Shown here piece after piece: positions 26,953 to 39,727 of a DNA stretch of 64,000 nt (its first letter is position 1; each line of letters begins with the position of its first letter). This stretch comes from Octopus vulgaris (lineage: Eukaryota), in NCBI GenBank assembly GCA_951406725.2, contig OX597820.1, positions 45,818,001 through 45,882,000 of the forward strand, given 5' to 3'. A program made the position numbers and the translations under genes. The notes under the pieces were generated by a model, which did no database searches, was not told where the DNA came from, and saw only the letters and a list, made by a program, of their open reading frames with translations.

Positions 26953-28210
26953 GGGAAAAAAATTATGGAAAATGAGAATGCTATATATTGATAAGATGAT
27001 AACATGGAGGAAATGGGTAAGAGAATAAGGAGATGGAAAGAGAGAAGAGAAAAGAGGCATAAAAGTTCTTAGTTCAACTTTCTGAAGTTATAGAAACCAA
27101 AGCAGGAGTCCTTAGGTGCAATCCTGCGTGTATCCATGAGTGTAATTCTTTAGGTGCAATCCTTTAGAAAGTTGAACTATAAACTTTTATGCCTCTTTTT
27201 TATGGCTCCATAACTACTACCATGGCTATAATCTTTGGGCCCCAGTAATCCACTACAGCACTTACCTTGTGTACCTAATTGTTTGGATCACCTGCGAACA
27301 AAACCACCATACTTTGTCTATATAAATACAAATATATATATATATATAAATAAATACATATGTGTGTATGTATATACACACAGACATTGAGTTGAGAGAG
27401 GTGGTCAATTAATGAATATTTCCTCAGTTAAGAAACACCTGCAGCCACAGCTATGTCAGATTGTGACAACATTTAGCAAGTTCTTTGTAATAAAATCGAT
27501 GGTAATTAATATGTTGTTGCCAAGAGAAGGAAATGGGAATTCGGTGTTTAAACCACACTGAATGCTGGGTAACATGCTACAACACTGGAGAAATTATGAA
27601 AGCATGTTACTGTTTGGAGAATTGGTGCATGAATATAAAAGACAGGCAGTATGAAACCATATAATAAAGACTTACATTCCACAAGAGACTGAGCTATGCA
27701 CGACTTCTTTGGGCAAGTTGACTTGTTGGGCTGGTTTGTGGTTTCCCTGCTGTTAACTTTGCTGTTGGAGTTGTGTTGGTACAAGAAGAAAGTTGAGTTT
27801 TGAAGCAATAGGAAGGAAGGAAGAGCTCATGTGTTGTTCTACTATATTGGTAAGAAAGGGATCCTGTAGTGTTATATTACATTGAAAGAGGGCCATGTAT
27901 TGTTATATGGCATAGCAAAAAAGAGGGAGTCATTGTGTTGTCTTTTTGTGTATTTGCTATTTGTGAAGTAAAACTAAAATGCTTTGAAGTGAAAATGAGT
28001 GAACATATTTAAAGTGTAGGACAGTGAATAAAAGACAAAATAGTGTGTTACACAACACATATATGTTGCCTATTTATGTTATCATTAGAGGTCTTTTAAT
28101 TTGTAAATCTGCATATTCACCAAACAGAGAGGAAGTGGGAAGATGTTTGTTGAAATCACTATTCTTCTTCTTCTTATTTTCTTATTTTTGTTTAAAATTT
28201 TTATCCTCAG

Positions 28211-28261
28211 ATTCCGGCTCTTCCAAAATACACATCTCAAGTTGTAGGTAAATATATTAAG
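28211..28261 (+). CDS. COPS3: COPS3 exon 9 (IPALPKYTSQVVGKYIK)
   Basis: cctcag| acceptor, |gtgagt donor; 51 nt; LPKYTSQ motif. Confidence 0.95.
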
Positions 28262-28598
28262 GTGAGTGTTTTTTTTTTATTTTTGAAGATATCTTTTAAC
28301 TGTATGAGAAGGGAGTCTGAACACAGCAACATTCTGTTTCCCTTGTTTAAAGGAGAAGGGCTAAGACTGGGCAGATACTAGAGATGCTGATGCCAAAATT
28401 GAACACCTGAAGCTTAATACCTGTAAGGAAAATAAGACTTGGAATGGAATTGGTGGTTCTGATCCAAATGTTTGTAACTGACTGAACTCTTTGAAGAGCT
28501 ATCTAAAGACCATGTAGTAGTACCAAAGCAAATGTCACTGTAGTTTGTCTTAAGTTTCTTGACATAAAGCTTGACATCTTTTAAATTCTGTGTCATAT

Positions 28599-28655
<57 letters not shown>

Positions 28656-29537
28656 TACACAATCAGCATCATTTTTTAGTATCCACTTTGCCAAGCTTGC
28701 ATCAGTTAGACTGAATTCGTCGGGGTAGATTCTCTACAGTTGGATGCCCAGCCCGTCATCAACCCTCACCTGCTTTGAAGCACGGTAATATTTTCTCATG
28801 GCCAGACATGTTACAGAAGACAGGAAACAAAGGACTACACTTATATGACAAAGATGATTCTTTATAACATTGCATGCTGTCACAACAAGGAGACACAGTG
28901 TTTCTGTTCTAAATTCACTTATAAGTCTTTAGTCTGGTAGGAGCTAGGAGACACATGCCCAAAATGACATGCAGTTGACTTTAACCATGTGGTTAAAAAG
29001 TAAACTTCTTAGCCATAATGCCAACGCTATACTTTTATATCCATCCATTCATGTTATCCCCATTAGTAATTTTATTTGTGAGGTATCTCAGTCCTTTGTC
29101 ATGTTGTCTGAGAGGTTCAGCATCTAGAGGTTGTCCTTCAGTACTTGATCCCATGTCTTCTTGGGTCTCTCTCTTCCATGTGTTCCATCTACTTTGGTAC
29201 TTCTTTATGGAGCTGTCAGCATCCATCTGCATCGCATGAGCCAACCAGTGTAGTCTTCTCTCTTGCGCACCGTGTTTAATTCCTCTTGAGGCAAATTTTT
29301 CTGTGACTGGATGCCCTTCCTGTCACCAGCCCTCACCTGTTCCCAATCAATGTAATATTTCCCCCATAACTAGAAATGTTTTTCACAGAAGACTGGAAAT
29401 AAACAACTTTGCTTGTATGATGATGCTCATTTACATATTAAATATAAAAATATAAAACGCACATATATAGGTAGGTATGTATGACTGCTTACCAAACTAC
29501 AGTTATTGGAGATCTGACTTGTTGTTTTCTTTTGCAG

Positions 29538-29639
29538 CCACTGTGCCAGCCATACTATGACCTTGCTACATCATACGGAACAAATAACCCATCAGATCTG
29601 CGGATGATTGTCAATAAGCACTCGGAAGTATTCAGTAAG
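29538..29639 (+). CDS. COPS3: COPS3 exon 10 (PLCQPYYDLATSYGTNNPSDLRMIVNKHSEVFSK)
   Basis: tttgcag| acceptor, |gtaaga donor; 102 nt. Confidence 0.95.
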
Positions 29640-30139
29640 GTAAGAATATATTGACGTATCTTGTGTACATGTATCAACACCAGGTGTTCTCTTTCACTTG
29701 TACCTAGTCACACACCATCCCACCACCACTACCAGTTCCTGTCTGTCATCACCAATTAACTACATAGAAATGGAGGGGGTCACAAGTTGTTATACCCCAC
29801 AGTAAGTTGTGTTATAATGCAATGAGAAGTAAGAGGCCACCAAACCACCACCGTCATCACTATCACCATACATCATCACCAGTCACCACACATCTCTATT
29901 ACCACCACCACAACCACACTTCTGCTTATGAAGAAAGTAATTGTTAAGCGATATATCTCTGACACTCATCTTCATCTATTGACTCTAACTTCAAGTTGCA
30001 TCAAGCACATTATTGGACATGTCACATTTCATTTCATCATCAGTTTTGTAAGCTAACCATCTGTCATAGCACTGCTGTTCGTCAATAGAGTCTTGATCAT
30101 GGTTTTGGAACTACATCCAGTCTATTCTCAGTTGGTGAT

Positions 30140-30512
30140 TTTTTATTTTTTATTTTTTTTTATGCAATAAAGTATATTTTATTAATAACATTTAAATACT
30201 AAGAAACAGGAAAAAGGTGTGGTGGAGTGGGGAATTAAATAGCAGAATGTGGAAGGGGAGGGGGCCCTGGGCTGCACACCCCAGAACAAGTGGCATGCTC
30301 AGTAATGCTCTGCAGTCGTGATTGCAATGGCATTGCTATGGAGAAGGTCAGCAACACTTATTGCAACAGCCACTCCATCTCATAGGGGTTCATTCCTCAG
30401 ATGGGCTGATGTTATCCTGATTTTGCAAATGAAATTGGTAGTGTGGGTCTGAGAACACTTGATGTCTCAGTGGCAACTGGCACAAACTGATCGCAGTTGG
30501 TTAGGTGATTTA
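30140..30512 (-). mobile_element. 3' end of a CRE-like (restriction-like endonuclease) non-LTR retrotransposon
   Basis: Minus strand reads DQFVPVATETSSVLRP...EMEWLLQ, resembling the RLE C-terminus F.PVA.ET.G..G...E..WL.Q; followed by AATAAA and an A-rich tail (T-run at 30140-30161 on +). Confidence 0.5.
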
Positions 30513-30865
30513 GCTGGGGAGTGCCTAGAAAGCTGATTTTGTCTTCCTGAATGTCCTGTTGTTTAACTGGGAGAGGTTGTCATTCATTGGTTACTTTCTC
30601 CACCAGGTGAACACCCACTTGTGCTTGTCACCAAGCAGCTCAGCCATAGATCTAGTGAGGGTCCAAGTTTCACACTTGTAATGGAGGACTGAGTTGGCTG
30701 TTGCTATGAAGAAACTGTTCTTCATAGAAACTGTTTGGAAAGGCTGATAATCCAGTTATTTCTTTACATCTTTAAATACTTTCCAGAAAAGGCCGCTACA
30801 CAACTTAATATTCCTCTACAAGCTAGCTATGAATAATTTGAATTGCTTCAAGTCTGAAACTTGTT

Positions 30866-31060
30866 TGAGCAGAACATCTTCAATGGTCTTAAGTGAGTCA
30901 CTGTCAAAATCCATCAGCAGAGTACTTTCAATGGGAGTGAATGGGGCTCTTTCAAGGGTCTTGAGCAGAACATCTTTGAAGATCTTGAGTGAAGACCGTT
31001 TGATGGTCTTGAGTGGAGATTTTTCAGTGCTCTTCAGCAGAGCTCTTTCAAAGATCTTGT
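30866..31060. repeat. Degenerate ~24-bp tandem repeat
   Basis: Recurring (g/c)agcaga.c.tc(t)ttcaa.ggtctt units; gives the SRxxSxVL periodicity in ORF 30829-31083. Confidence 0.55.
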
Positions 31061-31206
31061 GTGCCTTTAGATATATATTGTAATATAATTAACATTTGTA
31101 TGTCATCAATGTTCAACACGTCTTGTAAAATAATGTATTTTCTTATACATAATCTACACTAAAACTATATTGTTATAATCCACACGCTTCTTTTATCTCT
31201 CAACAG

Positions 31207-31278
31207 GACAACAACATGGGTCTAGTAAAACAGTGTATTATCTCCCTTTATAAAAAAAATATACAAAGATTAACCAAG
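31207..31278 (+). CDS. COPS3: COPS3 exon 11 ([24 protein letters not shown])
   Basis: caacag| acceptor, |gtaaga donor; 72 nt. Confidence 0.96.
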
Positions 31279-31504
31279 GTAAGAAGATTCTTCGCTTTTT
31301 TTTCAAATTTTTAGGTAGATATCAGCTATAGCAGTAACGAAACCAATGAGTTTCTATCAAAGCATCGAAGTCTCTGTTTTCTAATAACTGAGATTTTCCC
31401 ACAAACCCTTGCATTATAATGTTAAAGAGGTGTAATTATATTATTTCTGTAGCTGGTTCAAATCTTTATTTTGACCATGCGCTGAAAGCTCTCTCTCTCT
31501 CTCT

Positions 31505-31568
<64 letters not shown>

Positions 31569-32492
31569 GTATGTATATGCACACACATTTACATATGGTT
31601 TCAGATTCATTCTCATTCTACAACTCCTTGGGTGAGTGTCTTTTACAGTAGCCCTGAGCCAACTAATACCTTGTGAGTGAATTTGGTAGATGGAAACTGT
31701 ATAAAGCCCATCATATATGTACGTATGTGTGTGTCTGTGTCAGTGGTTACATTCTGCACTGCACATGAAATAACAACACTTAATGATGTTTGTCAATGTT
31801 TATCTGTCAAAAAATTCATCTGGTAACTCTTGCCTTTGAAGACACAAGTGAAATTAAAAGTCCCTTGTCTGAAAAATAGGAATAGTATCCAGCTGTAAAA
31901 TGGTGTCTCAATTATATGTATTTATCTAATTCATGAGGGCATGGAAAAATGGATGTAAAACAGATAAACATATAGTGAATCCCATAAATATTGTGTGTGC
32001 TATAGTTTTCAACATCCATTTTTTTTCCTTTGTGTGTATGTTTGTGTGCATATCTATGTGTATACGTGTGTGTGCAATATGGCGTCATGTAGTAGTGCTT
32101 GTGTGGCACAATATAAAAGGACCAGTGTGGCACCATGTAAAAGCCCCTCTGCAGTACTACATAGAAGTGCCCATGTAGCATCATGTAAAAGCACTAATGA
32201 AGTGCTGCATAAAAGCACCCAGCACACTCTGTAAAGTGGTTGGCGTCAAGGAAGGGCATCCTGCCATAAAAACCATGCCAAATCAGACTGGAGTCTGGTG
32301 CAGCCCCATCAGCTTGCTAGCTCTGGTCACACTGTCCAACCCATGCCAGCATGGAGAAAGGACGTTAAATGATGATTATGATATATATATATATAGTTAA
32401 TCCAAACAAGAAAACACAGAAAAAAACACAGCAACGCGAGGACGTGGAACAATTAAAGTATTATTTGACGCTCAGGAAAGAAGGGAAGGAGG

Positions 32493-32527
32493 GTTTAACG
32501 TTTCGAGCGGAGCTCTTCGTCGGAAAC
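32493..32527 (-). ncRNA. Candidate minimal hammerhead ribozyme, U4->C core variant
   Basis: Minus strand: GTTT CCGACGA A GAGC-TCC-GCTC GAAA CG TT| AAAC; 4-bp stem I, palindromic ACGT stem III. Confidence 0.5.
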
Positions 32528-32870
32528 AAGGAGAAGGAAAGACCCCGAGAAGGGAAGACAGAGGAAAAAAATATTTTTGCTGGTGGTGCTCAAGAGATCA
32601 CATGTTGAAAATGTTGAATATTTAGTTCTGTGGATCAGTTGTCTGTTGTTCCTAATTTTGTTCACATCTGGAATAGACAGTAGCTCTGTAGAACAAAAGA
32701 TTCAAATGGATTAAGTACTTAATTGAATGTAGTCTCTTTGATTTCATAATTGAGAATGCCAAGAATTATACACACTTATACACATGTACATTTTGTAAAT
32801 ATAAATATATTTACAACCCATGCCAGCATGGAAAACAGATGTTAAAGGAGAAGGATGACTGATGATGATG

Positions 32871-32924
<54 letters not shown>

Positions 32925-32929
32925 GTTAT

Positions 32930-32967
<38 letters not shown>

Positions 32968-33196
32968 TGCATATATACATATATGTATATATTTATGGTG
33001 TGTGGGTATATTTTATTGTACTACTGGGACTTGAACAACTGTCTATGGCAGAACTGATAAGTCCCTTCGACTTAACATGTAAATAAATAAGAAAAATAAA
33101 AGATTGTCCTATTTCAGACAAACCAAGTTTTATGTCCATGTATCTTGTATCTTTCTATTATTAAGAACTCCCTCATTTCTCTTATTTTGTCCATAG

Positions 33197-33283
33197 ACGT
33201 TCCTCACATTATCATTAGCAGATATGGCTGGCCGAGTACAACTTCCTGGTCCAGCTGAAGCCGAAAAATATGTTTTGCGTATG
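33197..33283 (+). CDS. COPS3: COPS3 exon 12 ([29 protein letters not shown])
   Basis: ccatag| acceptor, |gtaagc donor; 87 nt; PCI winged-helix region. Confidence 0.96.
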
Positions 33284-35662
33284 GTAAGCAATGTTTACTG
33301 CATGTATTGTTGTTATGTTCCGCTTTTATTGTAGGCATTGCTGTTTGATTGCGGCATTGTCTAGCAGTAATTTCATCTAATAAAGTCCATGTTTAGTAGA
33401 CATGTTAACCAGATATTCCTGAAAATGTCTCTATAATTGACACTGCTCTGAGGAATATAGGGCATAATAGTGGTGGTACAATAGACAACAATTTTGTATT
33501 TATTCATATTAACATTGGTTGTGTCCTTGAGCAAGATACTTTATTACATATTGCTTTAGTCCACTCAGCTGGCAGAAATGAGTTGTACCTGTCATTCAAA
33601 GGGCCAACGTTGTTTCACATTCATGCTGAATCTCTCTGTGGACTATGTTAAGGGTATGTGTATCTGTGAAATACTCAGCCACTTGCATGTTAATTTCACG
33701 AGTAGGCTGCTTTGTCAATCATATCAACTGGAATACTTATCATAACTGATAGAGAGTCAGTAATCATCATCATCATTAAACGTCCGTTTTCCATGCTAGC
33801 ATGGGTTGGACGATTTGACTGAGGACTGGCGAACTAGATGGCTGCACCAGGCTCCAATCTGATCTGGCAGAGTTTCTACAGCTGAGAATGTAGTGGGTGC
33901 TTTTATGTGCCACCGGCACGAGGGCTAGTCTGGCGGTACTGGCAATGGACACACTCAAATGGTGTTTTTTACATGCCACCTGCACAGGAGTCAGTCCAGC
34001 GGAACTGGCAATGACCTCGCTTGAATGTTTTGTTCATGTGCCACTGGCACAAGTGCCAGTTAGGCGATACTGGTAACAATCGCGCTCAAATGGTGCGTTT
34101 TACGTGCCACCGGCATGGAAGCCAGACAGCTGCTCTGGCAGTGATCCCGCTTGGATGTTTAGTGTCCAATGATGGAAAGGTACACATGGACATAATAATC
34201 CTTGGATGGAATTTATAAATATTTTAATGCATTGCTACGTGTGTTTCCACAATTTACAGGTTTCTTAAGATCATAGTCCGTATTCCTGGGATAATTACAG
34301 TGCAGTCTGTAGTATCCATGGACATCAGGTAGATTATGTTCATGCATTCATTTCTTTGGGAAAAATAGCATCAATGGATGTTTAACTTTGTGTTGTTTAC
34401 CAATTTTGACCAACAAGAAGGTAGATTGGAGCATGTAGGCATTTCTGTGTGTATTTGGTGGGGATTGATGGAAAGAAAGAAATTAATGATAGTTATAAGG
34501 AGGTGGTGGTGTGTGTGGTGCTGTTGGACTTATTTTGCTATTTGAGTATGCAGATGTCAGGATGGGTAGTATAGATTTTTTGTTTGGTCTTATTCACAGC
34601 AAGCCCCTCATTCATAGAGTAATCCCCAAAAAACTGGTATCACCAGTTGGTATCATTAGGCTGTAGCTGGCATAATAGAACAAGAGCTTTTATATGCATG
34701 CTCAAAACATTTCCCTTAAACCAACTTCAAGGATACATATATATAATATGATATATTTACACGCTGTAAAGTAGTTGTGGTAGGGAGAACATCCAGCTGT
34801 CGAAGCCATGTAAAAGCAAATATTGGTGCTTGATGTAGTTCTCTGACCTGTTGGATCCTGTCAGACTGTTGAACCCATTCTGACATGAAATACAGACACT
34901 AAGTGATGATGATGATATCTGCATATGTGCGATTTTATTGTGAAGTGAATTTTGGGATACGATGATGATAATGATGTGTCTCTACCTCACCTTTTTTCTT
35001 CTAACCACCCCACTGTGGCTGTATTGGTACTTGTTTATAGTCAGTGAGTCTGATTTAAAAGAAGAAATCTTATATGACAAAAGACAACCAGGTTTGAATT
35101 CATGACATGTTACCCAGCTTCTTATTCTCAGTCACTGTGCTGGTGCCATGTAAAAAGCACTCAGTACAGTCCATAAAATGGTTGGCACTAGGAAGGGCAT
35201 CCAGCCATAAAAGCCATGCCAAAACCGACAATAAGAGCCTGGTGCAGCTCTCCAGCTTGCCAGCTCTTGTCAAACTGTCCAACCCATGCAAGTATGGAAA
35301 ATGGACATTAAATGATGATGATATTGTTTCTGTTCCACCTGCTTCTGTTGTTGCTATAGTTCAGTGGTGTTTTAGTAAATTAAGACTAGTGGTAAACTAC
35401 AGCAGTAGGAGTTTTTGTTGTTTGATAGATTTTTTTTTTACAAGAATGTGAACTTGACGTTGATGTCTCTTTTAGCAGGAACATGAAAACATGTTTTCAC
35501 CAAAAGGAGTTTTGCTTCTGACCATGAGTTGCTCCACAGTATGTTGTTGCTCATGATGCAGTGTGATGTTCTTTTCATCTTGATGTTGTTATTCATTTTC
35601 TGCCTTTCTCTCCTCCTTCCCTGTTACTTAATTTTATCCTCTTTTTCTTTCACCCTTTTCAG

Positions 35663-35776
35663 ATTGAAGATGGTGAAATCTTTGCCACTATCAACCAGAA
35701 GGATGGGATGGTGGAGTTCCATGACAACCCCGAGAAATACAACAGTGCTCACATGCTGTTACAGCTCAACACAGAG
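35663..35776 (+). CDS. COPS3: COPS3 exon 13 ([38 protein letters not shown])
   Basis: ttttcag| acceptor, |gtaagt donor; 114 nt. Confidence 0.97.
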
Positions 35777-36080
35777 GTAAGTTGAATGGGGTTGATGAGT
35801 GGGGAATAGCTTTGTATTTGTACACATATTTATATGTTTGTATACATATATATATGTGTGTGTGTCTTTGTGTCTGTGTTTGTCCTTCATCACTGCTTGA
35901 CAACTGATGTTGGTGTGTTTATATCCCCATAACCTAGTGATTCGGCAAAAAGAGACTGATAGAATAAGTACCAGGCTTAAAGAAATAAGTACTGGGATCA
36001 ATTCATTCAACTAAAATTCCTCAAGGTTGTGCCCCAGTATGGCTGCAGTCTAATGACTAAAACAAGTAAAAACAAATAAG

Positions 36081-36116
<36 letters not shown>

Positions 36117-36119
<3 letters not shown>

Positions 36120-37270
36120 AACAGGTCTTCACAAGTAGAGTTTTGTGTCCCAAGAAGGGAAGGTATGCATACGTAGGCTGACTCCATCCCATGTAGAAGG
36201 CCACGGGTTATGGACTCACTTGTCCTGCCGGGTCTTCTCGCGCACAGCACACTTCCAGAGGACTCGGTCTCTAGTCATTTCCTCAGTGAGACCTAAAGTT
36301 CGAAGGTCGTGCTTCACCACCTCGTCCCAGGTTTTCCTGGGTCTGCCTCTTCCACAGGTTCCCTCAACCACTAGGGTGTGGCACTTTTTCACACAACTAT
36401 CTTCATCCATTCTCGCCACATGACCATACCAGCGCAATCGTCTCTCTTGCACACCACAACTGATGCTTCTTAGGTCCAGCTTTTCTCTCAAGGTACTTAC
36501 ACTCTGTCGATTATGAACACTGACATTACACATCCATCGGAGCATACTGGCTTCATTTCTTGCGAGCTTACGCAACCCGTGGCCTTCTACATGGGATGGA
36601 GCCAGCCTACGTATGCATACCTTCCCTTCTTGGGACACAAAACTCTACTTGTGAAGACCTGTTGAGGCAAGTGAGGATCAGAATCGAAATCGATCAATGG
36701 AAATTGCAGATGTGTTACCAGTGCCGGTGGCATGTCGAAACTCTACTTGTGAAGACCCGTTGAGGCAAGTGAGGATCAGAATGGAAATCGATCAATGGAA
36801 ATTGCAGATGTGTTACCAGTGCCGGTGGCATGTCGAAACTCTACTTGTGAAGACCCGTTGAGGCAAGTGAGGATCAGAATGGAAATCGATCAATGGAAAT
36901 TGCAGATGTGTTACCAGTGCCGGTGGCATGTAAGAGAACCTTCCGTTTCGCGACCGTTGCCAGCACCGCCCCGTTTCGTGTCCGTTGCCAGCCTCGCCTG
37001 GCCCTTGTGCCGGTGGCACATAAAAAGCACCATCCGTTCATGGCCGTTTGCCAGCTCTGTCTGGCACCTGTGCGGGTGGCACGTAAAAAGCACCCACTAC
37101 ACTCACGGAGTGGTTGGCGTTAGGAAGGGCATCCAGCCGTAGAAACACTGCCAGATTTGACTGGGCCTGATGAAGCCTTCTGGCTTCACAGACCCCAGTA
37201 GAACCGTCCAACCCATGCTAGCATGGAAAACGGACGCTAAACGACGATGATGATGATGATGATGATGATG
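36117..37270. mobile_element. Young RTE insertion with 5' inversion and triplicated 98-bp unit
   Basis: 36117-36570 is minus-strand ORF end (MLRWMCNVSV...WYGHVARMDEDSCVKKC...GRGRPRKTW); 36574-37270 is plus-strand 3' UTR with (GAT)n tail. Confidence 0.9.
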
Positions 37271-39204
37271 AGAAAGGATCTACAGACGTTGGGAATCACA
37301 GAGGTGATGATAGGGGATTGGGACTCCTGGTGGTTTGCTGTGCTGAAAAGACACATCAAGCTAAGTAAAATCATAGTTGCCCTTGATTATAGGCTCATCC
37401 CATGTGACCCTCCCCAGCTGAGCATCCTTAATCTTGCACATAAAAAGCACCCATGCCAGTGCTGTGTAAAAATCACCCTGTACACTCTGTAAAGTGGTTG
37501 GGGTTAGGAAGGGCATCCAGCCATAGAAATCATGCTAAGACAGACATGGAGTCTGAACATCCTTCAACTGGTCAGTTCCTGTCAAATCATTAAACCCATG
37601 CTAGCATAGATAAAAGCTGTTAAATGATGATAATGATAAGGTGGGGGTTCTTTTAGTTTCTCTCTACCAAATTCACTCACAAGGATTTGGTTGGCCCAGG
37701 GCTTTGGTAGAAGACCCTTGCCCAAGATACTGCATGTTGGGACAGAATTCAAGACTACATTGTTGGGAGGAAGCATTTACCAGACAGCCATGCCTGCAGG
37801 AAAAGTGACCATTGAACTTTATTGATGTTGACTGTCTGATGGCACCTACTGTACAAAGTCAATGCAAGATTGCATTTTTTTGTTTGTTTTGCTAGAAAAT
37901 CAAATTGATTTTGATGTTGGTGTTATATTTATTCAGGTTTATTACTTGTTTAACACATTGAATAATATCACCTGTTTCCATCCTAGCATGAGTTGGGTGA
38001 TTCAAAGGATTCGAATAGCCTGAGGGCAACCCAACGCCTGCTTTTGTGTGGGTTTAATGGCTGGATACCCTTTCTAATGCCAGCAATTTTGCTAGCGTGT
38101 ACTGGTTGCTTTCTGTATTTTTTATGGCATCGACACTAGTAAGGTCACTAACTAACTTGCAAGACAAGTTCTCTTGACAGAGTTGGGGTACAGCCTTGAA
38201 GGAGTGTGGCTTTGTGTCAGTTGTAAAGGACAAGAACAGTTTTCTTGTTGTAGAGGAGATACATAGGTATCCCAATTGTATATCAATTACATGACGGCCT
38301 GCTGTGCTAACCTTGGATCATAGAGTGACCTGCTGTTCTTGAGAAGACCTTTTGAGTCAAGTACTTCAAAACCAACATCAAAATATAAATCAAATGGAAA
38401 TTGTAGTTAAGATACCCGTGCTGGTGACACGGAAAAAGCTCCGTCTGAACGTGGCAGATGCCAGTGCCACCTGACTGGCGTCCGTGTCAGTGATACGTAA
38501 AAGCACCAACCGACCGTGGCCATTTGCCAGCCTCCTCTGGCCCCTGTGCCGGTGGCACGTAAAAAGCACCCACTATACTCATAGAGTGGTTGGCATTAGG
38601 AAGGGCATCCAGCTGTAGAAACCCTGCCAGATCAGACTGGAGCCTGGTGCAGCCTCCTGGCTTCCCAGACCCCAGTCAAACCGTCCAACCCATGCTAGCA
38701 TGGAAAACGGACGTTAAACGATGGTGATGATGATGATTGACTGGGTTGACAGAACTGAAGCACTCCGTGTTATTACCTATTATAGAGGGTTATTGAAACA
38801 CAATGTTTTAAGTATTGTATGCTTTTGTAGTAGTGTCTAAAAGTGTCTCTAAACAATTTGAGGTATACAATAGCATATGAGAGAAATTAAGAGCATTTCC
38901 TCGTTTTGCTTTTTTCTGTTTTAGTTTTACATTGTTTTTGAAGCATTTCAGCGTTTTATAGGTTAAAAAACAACCTTGAGTGATATGCTCTTATGGATAC
39001 ACTTATAAATTATAATGAGCACTTAATCTATTGTCATTGTAAAATTGGTATGGTGATATAAATTTTCATTTCACATCAGTTACCTTAGACAACAGATATA
39101 ACTTATTCCATTCTGAATATGGCCACACACCTAGAACTGAATAAATGAGTAATTTAGTTCTCATGTATAATGAAGACCAATAAATATATGTGTGTGAGTC
39201 TGTA

Positions 39205-39241
<37 letters not shown>

Positions 39242-39439
39242 TAGCATGGAAAACGGACGTTAAACGATGATGATATATATATATATATATGTATATATGT
39301 AAAAGAAGAATACAGTGTACGTTCAAACACAAAAGAGATACCCGAAGAATAGGATATCTGACTCACTAGAAAGAGCAGTTAAAACTCCAAGCCACCAATT
39401 GTTGTAATTCCGAAAGTGATTGGAAAATAAAAACTTTTA

Positions 39440-39541
39440 CCTTGATCCTGGACCCTGCAAGGTTTCTGCAGACTTAAATACAGACTGAAATAAAATAACT
39501 TCAGCCTATATCTGGCGCTGCTTCTTCAGTAGGTTGCCAGG
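39440..39541 (-). ncRNA. Candidate type-I hammerhead ribozyme with long stem II
   Basis: Minus strand: ccta CTGAAGA aGCAG cgcc AGATATAGGCTGAAGT-tatttt-ATTTCAGTCTGTATTT aagt CTGCa GAAA CCTTGCAGG GTC| cagg; near-palindromic stem III, GUC triplet. Confidence 0.65.
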
Positions 39542-39727
39542 ACTGAACACATATGCACGGAGAGATAAATAACCCGCCACGTGTCTATAGGTTCTAATTT
39601 TTCGAATCTACTGCGCAGAAGCGGAACTCAACCAGCACTAAAAAAATAAATTGCCGATTTTCTTCCAGAATTAGCTAAAAAAACACACCTATGCCTGCAC
39701 CTACTCTATGTGTGTTTGTGTGTGTAG

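Noticed and set aside
28247-28253. Cryptic donor G|gtaaat inside exon 9
   Set aside because: Use would shift the frame; the downstream |gtgagt donor keeps homology and phase.
30015-30048. Minus-strand CTGATGA-TGAAAT-GAAA
   Set aside because: No stem II or stem I; chance match in AT-rich sequence.
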